From the IMG/VR virus record IMGVR_UViG_3300027816_004729: DNA of 20,000 bases; one strand, 5' to 3'. The position numbers and the translations under genes are program-made. Under the pieces are notes generated by a model. It did no database searches and had not been told where the DNA came from. It saw only the letters and a program-made list of their open reading frames with translations. Of the stretch, positions 1-7,544 are shown one piece after another; the first letter of the stretch is position 1; each line of letters starts with the position of its first letter. The DNA comes from an uncultured virus (IMG/VR IMGVR_UViG_3300027816_004729). Taxonomy: Duplodnaviria; Heunggongvirae; Uroviricota; Caudoviricetes.

Positions 1-759
1 TGCCGCGGCTTCGCGCGTCATGTAAGTCCGATCTACGAAGTCTTTAAAGGATTCTTTTTCGGTCTTTGTACCTAAAGCTTCTTGAACTCGGTCGGTAAAG
101 GAACTTCCGAAGTTGTAAAATTTAGTGGCGGATCCAGCGGTTTCCTCTAGATCATTAGCCATACCAGAAGCTACAGAACGTAGAGCAAGTTCAGCATCCG
201 CCGCTTCTTTAACTTGTTGCGCGTTTCTATCCCAAGGATGCAAGAACTTACTACCGGCAGTAGGAATATTTGCGCCTGGACCGAATTGTGTAGCATAAAG
301 ACGTTCTCCGCCTAACGCCGTAGAAACTTTATTGATTACTTCGGATGCTGCGTCAACAGGCAAACCCACGATATCTGATAGTGCTCCGGCAGGATTTGCT
401 ACGACTTGATCGACGGCGGCTTCTTTCGTAAATTTACCAAGTCCTATTCCGGTATCTACCGCCATTTCGGCCACCCTAGGAAGAAAATTCGTAGCAACTT
501 CAGTAGCTTGGTCTACTAAAGGTTGTTCTCGCTGTTTTTCAAATACAATTTTTAATTGCTCTTGATCGAGTTCTGGGTCGCCTTCATTGTAACGTTCGTA
601 TAGCGAATCGGGATCTTTGTCTTTTTTGCGGCGTATGATTTCTGAAGTCGGAACTTTAGATTTCAGTTTTTCGCGTATTTGTTCGGATGCACTAACTGAC
701 GAAGGAGGCTGTTGGCCTCCTTCTCTCAGACGTTTTCGGATTTCTTCAGAAGCGGACAT
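1..759 (-). CDS. Putative large internal virion/DNA ejection protein, N-terminal part (runs off the window)
   Basis: Not in the ORF track. Manual translation from ATG at 759 gives MSASEEIRKRLREGGQQPPSSVSASEQIREKLK..., open for 253 codons to position 1. It starts 5 nt after the upstream stop. Helical, A/E/K-rich composition and position after other ejection-like genes support the call. Confidence 0.6.
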   Translation of the reverse strand, partial: MSASEEIRKRLREGGQQPPSSVSASEQIREKLKSKVPTSEIIRRKKDKDPDSLYERYNEGDPELDQEQLKIVFEKQREQPLVDQATEVATNFLPRVAEMAVDTGIGLGKFTKEAAVDQVVANPAGALSDIVGLPVDAASEVINKVSTALGGERLYATQFGPGANIPTAGSKFLHPWDRNAQQVKEAADAELALRSVASGMANDLEETAGSATKFYNFGSSFTDRVQEALGTKTEKESFKDFVDRTYMTREAAA

Positions 760-764
760 TATTC

Positions 765-2108
765 TTATTTGCCTTGTTGCTGAATTATCAGTTCTTCTAA
801 TTTTTTATACAACTCTGAATACTCTTTTGAAGCAGGATCTACTTTCTCGATTTTCCGGTCAAGTTCGTTAATTTGGTCTTGCAAACTGTTTTTTGCTTCT
901 ATGGCTTTGAAGTATCCGGAAACGTCGTAACCGCCGTTTTTGGCCGACTCTAAATATTTGCTTCTTGAAGACTCAAGTTTCTTTTCAAGTTGCGCCATTA
1001 AACCATCAGCAAGCTCCTGCTCTGTTCTTACATTCGGCACCATCGATTTGTAGCGCGCCACGTCTTCATTTGTTAAAACGCCAACTTCGCCAAAGACGGA
1101 TCTAGCTAATCCTGGGACAATGCTTTCAACAAGTTTATTGAGTCTTTGCGCCGCGACGTCGTAAGGATTTTTTTCCTTAAAAATACCAAATAACGGTCCG
1201 CGGGTCACATTTTTCATCTGAGCCTTAATATCTTCCAGCGATGCGCCTAACTCGTCATACTGAGCCATTCTTGTCACAAAAGTGTCAGTTACCGGTCTCC
1301 CTTCGCCTTTTGGCTTTACCGTTACGGTTCCAGTTGGAGTTTTATAAGTTTGCGACGTAATTTCGGATCCCTCGGGTATGTTTACTGCGCCTAAAGGAGA
1401 ATCACTTTTCTCGTAAGGATCACCTACACGTTTGCCAGTTATCCGATCCACGAGTATAACTTTGCTTGTTCCTTCTATAGGCATTTCTACAAATGGCGAT
1501 GGTGGTTTGGATCGCGCCAATGGTGCGGCACTTGCAGGCGCTCCCGATTGTCGATTGTCGTACGAAAATTGTTCGACTCCTTTTCCAGGTTTTTCTGTAA
1601 AACCGAATCCAAATTTGCTGTCAGATGGAATATCTTGCGGAAATAGTGAAGCATCTACATCGCCTAATGGTGTAGTTTCGGTAGGCAAAGCTTCTGGCGG
1701 TAAAGGACTGTAGTAATTTGCCGCAGCTTGTTCGCGCCGTTCTTTGTCTATTTGGAGTTGCGTTAGCGTATCTTTGAGTACGTTGTCTTCGGACTTTAAG
1801 TCGGCGAGATAGACATTTTGTAAAAACTTGTTGAGATCTTCCTCTTCCTCTAGCGCGGCTTTTTCTTTTAATAGTTCTTTTTCGTGTTCTTGCTTGAATC
1901 TTTCAGATATGCCTTCGGTTACGCCTTTAACGCCAATGGTAATGCCTGACAAGAGATTTTCAGATGCTTGTTGTTGGCCTTTTAACCACAAGTCGATTCC
2001 CGGGTCAGCGACAAGACTTTCGCCGCTCGCAAATCCAAAACTTGGACCTTGAACGTTTTCAAGTCTTGCTGCCGCCGGGGCGTTAAACTGAAATCCTCCT
2101 GTTTGCAT
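765..2108 (-). CDS. Putative internal virion/ejection protein (447 aa)
   Basis: Coiled-coil segments, a Pro-rich linker and a helical C-terminal region (GEVGVLTNEDVARYKSMVP) reminiscent of podovirus ejection proteins. Function is inferred from synteny. Confidence 0.55.
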   Translation of the reverse strand: MQTGGFQFNAPAAARLENVQGPSFGFASGESLVADPGIDLWLKGQQQASENLLSGITIGVKGVTEGISERFKQEHEKELLKEKAALEEEEDLNKFLQNVYLADLKSEDNVLKDTLTQLQIDKERREQAAANYYSPLPPEALPTETTPLGDVDASLFPQDIPSDSKFGFGFTEKPGKGVEQFSYDNRQSGAPASAAPLARSKPPSPFVEMPIEGTSKVILVDRITGKRVGDPYEKSDSPLGAVNIPEGSEITSQTYKTPTGTVTVKPKGEGRPVTDTFVTRMAQYDELGASLEDIKAQMKNVTRGPLFGIFKEKNPYDVAAQRLNKLVESIVPGLARSVFGEVGVLTNEDVARYKSMVPNVRTEQELADGLMAQLEKKLESSRSKYLESAKNGGYDVSGYFKAIEAKNSLQDQINELDRKIEKVDPASKEYSELYKKLEELIIQQQGK

Positions 2109-2111
2109 AAC

Positions 2112-2894
2112 TTACATTCCTCCAACTCGGGCTTGCGGATTTGAATAAGTCAAATTGGCAGCCTTATTAATAGACTCGCCGAACTTCGTAAACACCTGAG
2201 AGTTTGCCGGCAATCCTAATATTGTATTTTGGACTGTTGCCGGAGACATAACACTTACCGCGGCGGGTCTAGTGGTTCTTGCTACTCCTGTGTCCGCACC
2301 TTTTTCTTTCTTAAGAAACGTTTCTCCGCCAGTGACTTTTGTAGCTGCAGAACCGGCCTTTGACTCGTATTCTTTGCGTCGTTTTTCACCTTCGGCTTTA
2401 CTAACTTGCTCAAATCGCGTTTGCTCTGCTTTTTTACGCGCGTCTTCGGAAGCGGCTGCCGTCCGCGCGGCTTGATCATCCGCAATTTGTTTATTAGCCT
2501 GAGCCGGGGTTCCTCCAGAAGGCGTAGCCGGTTTGTTTTGCGGCTGTTGTTGCGGTTGTGATTGCGGTCGCGGTTGTGGTTTAGGCTCTTCTTTTTTTGG
2601 CGGAGAAAAAAAGTTTTTAACGGCTTTAAATACTTTACCAAAGAAGAATTCCGGATAACCCGTCGTCGGATTTATTTTATTTGCTTCATTACCGACGGTA
2701 AATTCGTTAATATCCACGCCATAAGAAGCGAAAACCTCCTCGATAGTAGCTTTAATTTCCGGGATTTCGGCTAAACTAGTAGGAATGACAATTTCGCCGG
2801 CCGTTAAGTGCCCGACAATATTGTCCGTGGATCTTCCGGAATTTTCAATTTCTTTGAAAATTTCTTCCATTCCGTTATCGGGAGTATTTTCCAT
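2112..2894 (-). CDS. Putative internal virion protein with GRxxD..H.T.GE.VIP...INPxTGxPEFF domain (260 aa)
   Basis: The N-terminal GRSTDNIVGHLTAGEIVIP...INPTTGYPEFFFGKVFKAVK resembles a motif I recall from uncultured aquatic phage virion proteins. It is followed by a Q/P-rich linker, a coiled coil and a C-terminus ending ARVGGM. Confidence 0.55.
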   Translation of the reverse strand: MENTPDNGMEEIFKEIENSGRSTDNIVGHLTAGEIVIPTSLAEIPEIKATIEEVFASYGVDINEFTVGNEANKINPTTGYPEFFFGKVFKAVKNFFSPPKKEEPKPQPRPQSQPQQQPQNKPATPSGGTPAQANKQIADDQAARTAAASEDARKKAEQTRFEQVSKAEGEKRRKEYESKAGSAATKVTGGETFLKKEKGADTGVARTTRPAAVSVMSPATVQNTILGLPANSQVFTKFGESINKAANLTYSNPQARVGGM

Positions 2895-2895
2895 A

Positions 2896-3357
2896 TTATA
2901 GTCCTCCCATACGAGCGCCAGATGTTTGGTAAATCATGTTGGCTGGTTTGACAATGGCTGTTCCGAACGGCGTTAAACCTGGCGCTGGAAGTGAAGATTT
3001 AGACTGGTCGCCAATTTTTTTGTTCATTGCAGAAGTTGTCGAATCGGCAATTGTGCTATCTTCTGGCGCGCCTCCTGCTTGCTGCGCAAAAGTTTCGGTT
3101 TCTGTTTTATATTTTTGTAAAGCATCCGCGTCTTTAGCCATTTGTTTTTCATCCCATAATGCTTGTTCGCGCTTAGCATTATCGGCGGCAATTCTCGCAT
3201 CCTCGTCGGCTTTTTGCTTTTCGTATTGCTTAATCATATCGTCATATTGCTTTTGTTGCATTTGACGTTGTTTGTCCATTTCTGCAGCCCAAATCTGCAT
3301 TGAGTTGTCTGGAGCAGGTTTACTGCTACTACTACTACGACGACGTCCTCCACCCAT
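2896..3357 (-). CDS. Putative small internal virion protein (153 aa, MGGG start)
   Basis: Strong Shine-Dalgarno upstream, a Q/K-rich coiled coil, and a C-terminal tail similar to that of 2112..2894. Confidence 0.6.
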   Translation of the reverse strand: MGGGRRRSSSSSKPAPDNSMQIWAAEMDKQRQMQQKQYDDMIKQYEKQKADEDARIAADNAKREQALWDEKQMAKDADALQKYKTETETFAQQAGGAPEDSTIADSTTSAMNKKIGDQSKSSLPAPGLTPFGTAIVKPANMIYQTSGARMGGL

Positions 3358-3363
3358 ATTATT

Positions 3364-3371
3364 TCCTCCTT
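3364..3371 (-). promoter_or_regulatory. Shine-Dalgarno site for 2896..3357
   Basis: The minus strand reads TAAGGAGGAAATAAT-ATG. Confidence 0.75.
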
Positions 3372-3390
3372 ATTTTATTTTTGTGTTATA

Positions 3391-3720
3391 TCAAAACCCG
3401 CGTCGTGCGGGATTCGAAAAATTAGTTCCCGAGTACATTCCGCCATTGCGAAGATCTGCGTCCGACGTAACGCCCGACCCAAAGTTATACTTATAATTCG
3501 CAAAGACTGGTTTATTCATTTCAGGAGAATATCCAGTTTTTTGGTTAGCATACGCGTCTCCAAACTTGCTAAACGCGTCCGTGACTCCTGAAGCAAGAGC
3601 TTGCCGTTGTGCTAATTGCTGTGCGGCTTGCTGTGTTGCTTGTTGTGTTGCGGCCGAAGTTGCCGATGACGCGGCGGCTGATGACGCGGCTCCGGCTCCC
3701 GCTGATGCTGCTCCTCCCAT
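3391..3720 (-). CDS. Putative small internal virion protein (109 aa, Ala/Gln-rich, MGG start)
   Basis: The start is reassigned to ATG at 3720 (MGGAASAGAGAASS...). It follows an A-rich spacer, avoids overlap with the upstream gene and matches the MGG starts of its neighbours. Confidence 0.6.
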   Translation of the reverse strand: MGGAASAGAGAASSAAASSATSAATQQATQQAAQQLAQRQALASGVTDAFSKFGDAYANQKTGYSPEMNKPVFANYKYNFGSGVTSDADLRNGGMYSGTNFSNPARRGF

Positions 3721-3773
3721 ATTTTTATTTCTTTCTGGTTTGTTGTTATTTTGTAGAAAGTCCTTTTTTTGCT

Positions 3774-4574
3774 TTAGTTCCTTAACCCGCAATACGGGAT
3801 TTTAGGTTCGCATATTTGAACCGACTCCGATACATTTGGAATGACCATGTCGTTTAGTTTCGGGCACTTAACATACTCAGGGGAATTTTTATTTATGCAA
3901 TTTGTGCAAGCGTGGTAATAGTCGCTATTTAGATGTTTATCGGATTTGGTTTTGATAATTCCATCCACCACTTCATAACGGTTTTCGTCAAAAGGAATAT
4001 TATTGTTTAGCGTGTAATCGGACACGTCTTTTTCAGACCAATCTTTTAAAGGAAACCAAATATCCGCAGAATTCGGGATTTTTTGAATGTCCAATTGAAG
4101 CGGAATTGGTCCGCTTAAAGGATCTACGTCGCAACTTTTGTGCCCGCAAATAAGACTGTCCCAAACAAACTCGGTTTTGTCAATTTTGGGTCTTAAAAGC
4201 CACTCAACTCCGCATACAAATTTTTTATTTGGCTCGTACGGTTCGGTTCCTCTGGCGATGATTAAACTTTCCTGGCCGATGGAATAGGATTCCATAAAAT
4301 CAATCCTATCGTTTCCATAACAAAGCGCGATAGACTTAGGCATCGAGTCATAAACCGAAAGATTTAAATCTTGCGATAGTTTATTGTGGAACGACCACTT
4401 TGCTTTCATCCAAGGAAGAGTCCATTGAATGCAGTCAATGTCTTTCTTCATCACTTCTTTTATCAGAAAAAGAAGGACGGTACTATCTTTTCCACCAGAC
4501 CAAAGTAGCGCGGGTCTTTTCGATTTCTCGAAAACTAAGTGAATTTTTTCTACCGTTTTGTCTATGAGTTCCAT
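3774..4574 (-). CDS. PAPS/APS reductase-family (PP-loop adenine nucleotide alpha hydrolase) protein, 266 aa
   Basis: PP-loop WSGGKDS and a CysH-like FPLKDWSEKDVSDY..NNIPF segment. It also has CTNC and a C-terminal YCGL reminiscent of the CysH ECGL motif. Confidence 0.85.
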   Translation of the reverse strand: MELIDKTVEKIHLVFEKSKRPALLWSGGKDSTVLLFLIKEVMKKDIDCIQWTLPWMKAKWSFHNKLSQDLNLSVYDSMPKSIALCYGNDRIDFMESYSIGQESLIIARGTEPYEPNKKFVCGVEWLLRPKIDKTEFVWDSLICGHKSCDVDPLSGPIPLQLDIQKIPNSADIWFPLKDWSEKDVSDYTLNNNIPFDENRYEVVDGIIKTKSDKHLNSDYYHACTNCINKNSPEYVKCPKLNDMVIPNVSESVQICEPKIPYCGLRN

Positions 4575-5333
4575 TTAGAAAATAATAGCTGCGCCAGCCA
4601 AAGCGCCGGCGGCACCAATTCCTGCTCCCATAAGCGCCGTTTTATTTCCTTCTCCGGCAGCGGCCGCCGCATTTTTTGCTTGAAGATTTTGAGATCTCCT
4701 TTGCGCGTCCATTTGAGCAAACTGTTGAAAACCGCCCATGATGTTTTCGGCGTTGTTTGACATCAATCCCAAATTTCTTGTTTTATAAGCATCTCGCGCA
4801 TTTGCGTTTTCAGCAGCCATCTGCGTCTCATAACTGGCAATTGCGCCAGGATCTAATCCAACCATTGCCATTGGATTTGCCGCCAAATGACGGGCAGCGC
4901 GGTCCTGGGCTAATGCCCGGTTCATATAATAATCTTCGCGGGTCTTATCCGCAAGCGCAGAGCGGGCAAATCCAGACCGGAGATTAGCGCCCGTCGATAT
5001 GACATCGGCCAATCCCTGTTTGAGCCACATATTGGAAAGTTCTTTACTTGGACCTCCTTCAAGATCTTCTGCTGTTTGCCTGGTCAATCCTTTTCGTATT
5101 TCAGCTAAACGCGGATCCATCCGTTCTTCAAGACCGCGCGATTTAAGAGCATTTATTTCGGATTCTCGGGCTGCAGATTTTTGAAGTGCGTCGACTTTTT
5201 GTGCCCGCATTTCTGGCGACATCTTAATAGACGACTCAAGAATACCCGTTCCTAAACCTAACCCAGAAATCATAGTCGGGGCTAGAAGCGGGTTCCCTGG
5301 ATCTGTTTTTACTTTTGGCGTTCCTCCTCCCAT
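4575..5333 (-). CDS. Putative DNA pilot/ejection protein (252 aa)
   Basis: MGGG start, helical A/R/Q-rich body, and a hydrophobic Gly/Ala C-terminus (LMGAGIGAAGALAGAAIIF) typical of membrane-inserting ejection proteins. It directly follows the GNAT-like gene. Confidence 0.6.
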   Translation of the reverse strand: MGGGTPKVKTDPGNPLLAPTMISGLGLGTGILESSIKMSPEMRAQKVDALQKSAARESEINALKSRGLEERMDPRLAEIRKGLTRQTAEDLEGGPSKELSNMWLKQGLADVISTGANLRSGFARSALADKTREDYYMNRALAQDRAARHLAANPMAMVGLDPGAIASYETQMAAENANARDAYKTRNLGLMSNNAENIMGGFQQFAQMDAQRRSQNLQAKNAAAAAGEGNKTALMGAGIGAAGALAGAAIIF

Positions 5334-5335
5334 AA

Positions 5336-5719
5336 TTATTCTCCGGTAGTTACGTATATTTCTCGTTGCATTTTTTCAAATCCTTGTCCCTCGATCATGG
5401 CCTGCGGGAATGTACTTCTTGTAGCGTCTAATGGCACACCAATAAATCCTTCACCGGCACTTACGAATTGACAATGAGCTTTAAATCCTTGGACAACTTC
5501 GATGACGGATCTTGGCGTTGTGACTTCAGGATGGAAAGCTGGAAAAGCTACCGGTAGATAAAATATGTCGGCGTATCCAAACGTTTTGTCGTCACGTTCA
5601 AAAGCAAATAATTTAGCATTGCGTTGCGGCACGATCAAATGATCGAAACTAGCAGCAAATTGCTGCATCTTCACAAAGTCATCACTAAATGGAGATACTT
5701 CTACAAATTTTGTTTTCAT
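5336..5719 (-). CDS. Putative GNAT-fold virion assembly protein (positional analogue of T7 gp13 / P22 gp14)
   Basis: 127 aa, alpha/beta pattern with LFAFERDDKTFGY and a terminal MIEGQGFEK (GNAT-like xxxGF). It lies between the tail and ejection genes. Confidence 0.45.
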   Translation of the reverse strand: MKTKFVEVSPFSDDFVKMQQFAASFDHLIVPQRNAKLFAFERDDKTFGYADIFYLPVAFPAFHPEVTTPRSVIEVVQGFKAHCQFVSAGEGFIGVPLDATRSTFPQAMIEGQGFEKMQREIYVTTGE

Positions 5720-6978
5720 CGGGTTGCCGTAACCACAATCGAAATGTCATTCATAATATTTGTTGCCACAGTTCCTGTCGCGGATACCGCTCTAAACCTA
5801 AGAGACGCCGGCGTTTTCCATTGATTATATGGAAGCGCGGGACTTCCGATCCACAAAGAACCCGTTGACGCGGTTCCTACCGAACCAGTCCAAGAATACG
5901 ATGTGTCCGTAAACGGAGTTGTAAATGTTAATCGGTAGTCAAAAGCGGCTAATCTTGTTAACGAGCAACCGTAACTTGACCTAACTCCATCGGATGTGAC
6001 GGTAAATGTCGTCACGCCGTTTTGAGTCGTGGTCGCGGCACCAGAAAGCATTTTGAATTCAAGTTGCGTCGCTGAAATTGCGCGCGTTATTCGAACTCCA
6101 AGCGTAGAAACGTTTGCTCCGCCAAGCGTTGCATTTGCGGTACCGCTAATGCTGACTATTTTAAAAATCATACCCACAAAACGATCTCCTTCAAACGTCG
6201 TGGCATTTGTCATCGTCCAAGTTCCGAGATCACTCAACGCCGTTACCGCAAGTGTCGATCCAGTTGCTGCGGCAATTGTTCCATTTGCAGGAATTGCTCC
6301 TGCCGTGCAAACTAGTGATCCTCCTGTGGCTTCCAAAAATGCCGGGTCAAAATTTATTGAAGCTGAATTTACGCGTCTTTTAGTATTTTTTGTATAGTCA
6401 GAATTGTCGCTTAAGCTCGGATATTCTATACCAGCTACAGGCATTTGGGAAGTCGTAAAAACTGTTGCTCTAAGACGAGCAGGAGTAATAATTTTTAAAG
6501 CATCAGTACCCGTGTCTACATCAGATTGAGTTGCTAAAAAAGCAACGCCTTTTACAGTTTCAGAAGCCGGAGGATACGAAAACCCAGTTCCGCCTAGCGT
6601 GTACGATCCTGGAGGAATACCCGTAATGGCAAGATCAATGGCAAAAAATGCCGCCGTAGTACTAACTTTAACCACGATCGGACTTGCTTGAGAATAAACA
6701 GCAAAAAGGATACCCGTGCTTGTAATAATACCGATTTCCTGGCAAGTATAAGTGTCGGTTGTTTCGTCCGAGACTGTAAAATGGATTGTATCCGAAGAAG
6801 GGTTCGAAAATCCTGAAGGAGTTAGCGATTTAATCGGAGCTTGAAGTGCCGTTTGCGTAGGTGACGGCGTGTATCCGGCATTTCCAACTTGAATCGTAGA
6901 AAGAACAACTGGCCCAAGTGTTCCGGCTTGTGCAATTGCCGCTTTGCCAACGTTTGTGATTACGAAGTTTAGAGCCAT
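5716..6978 (-). CDS. Tail fibre protein with P2 gpH/DUF3751-like N-terminal domain (420 aa)
   Basis: N-terminal ITNVGKAAIA...YTPSPTQTAL...EIGIITSTGILFAVYS, followed by the fibre motif PPASETVKGVAFLATQSDVDTGTDALKIITPARL and a beta-rich C-terminal domain. Confidence 0.75.
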   Translation of the reverse strand: MALNFVITNVGKAAIAQAGTLGPVVLSTIQVGNAGYTPSPTQTALQAPIKSLTPSGFSNPSSDTIHFTVSDETTDTYTCQEIGIITSTGILFAVYSQASPIVVKVSTTAAFFAIDLAITGIPPGSYTLGGTGFSYPPASETVKGVAFLATQSDVDTGTDALKIITPARLRATVFTTSQMPVAGIEYPSLSDNSDYTKNTKRRVNSASINFDPAFLEATGGSLVCTAGAIPANGTIAAATGSTLAVTALSDLGTWTMTNATTFEGDRFVGMIFKIVSISGTANATLGGANVSTLGVRITRAISATQLEFKMLSGAATTTQNGVTTFTVTSDGVRSSYGCSLTRLAAFDYRLTFTTPFTDTSYSWTGSVGTASTGSLWIGSPALPYNQWKTPASLRFRAVSATGTVATNIMNDISIVVTATR

Positions 6979-7021
6979 ACTAGTTTAATAATTCACTGTG
7001 CATTTTAAAAAGAAAATAGAA

Positions 7022-7543
7022 TTATAAGATTGTTTTTGAGAAAGAAACTCCAGACGTTACTGCCGAAGGAGTCGTGCCATCTCCCCAGTCTATCAAAGTT
7101 GGTTGCCCATTAGTCGTGATAATCATATTGGAGATTAAAGTCCCCGTCGGTGCATCAAGTGTCCAGAATATTGGAGACGACGTAAAGTCAAACCGCTCCC
7201 AAGTTATTTGTTGCAGTAATGCAAAACTATTAATTTCTCCTTCGAAATCCACGGTAACGCTTTCAAGTGAACCTGAAGGAAGAGGCGGTATAGTCGGGGT
7301 CTCAGAAGAAGTCGAAATAGAATTTTGCGGAAGTATTACTTTTTCTTCGGCGAGTTGGATTATAAACCTAAGTAGTTTATTCGAATTTAAAGATGTTAAC
7401 GAGCAAGGAAGACAGTCGTCGTCATTAGTACCTTTAATAGCTATTGAAGAGTATAGCGCAATAGGCGGTTTATCTGAAAATGGACTTATAAACGCGCTAG
7501 GAGAAGTTTTTTTGAAATTTTTTATGTCAATTGCAGAAGGCAT
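7022..7543 (-). CDS. Hypothetical virion-associated protein (173 aa)
   Basis: Coupled to the upstream gene (TAGTATG). It has a CLPC motif and a C-terminal IDWGDGT (PKD/Ig-like signature). Confidence 0.5.
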   Translation of the reverse strand: MPSAIDIKNFKKTSPSAFISPFSDKPPIALYSSIAIKGTNDDDCLPCSLTSLNSNKLLRFIIQLAEEKVILPQNSISTSSETPTIPPLPSGSLESVTVDFEGEINSFALLQQITWERFDFTSSPIFWTLDAPTGTLISNMIITTNGQPTLIDWGDGTTPSAVTSGVSFSKTIL

Positions 7544-7544
7544 A

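Noticed and set aside
3321..3346. Trinucleotide run (cta/cga)n
   Set aside because: It simply encodes the RRRSSSSS low-complexity N-terminus and is in frame, so there is no sign of phase variation.
3721..3792. Track start at 3792 for the 133-aa ORF
   Set aside because: It overlaps the PP-loop gene and translates an A-rich spacer. ATG at 3720 (MGG) is more plausible.
3774..4574. Calling the gene cysH (sulfur auxiliary gene) or dndC
   Set aside because: The family is clear, but the motifs diverge and no cys or dnd partners are in the window, so no symbol was assigned.
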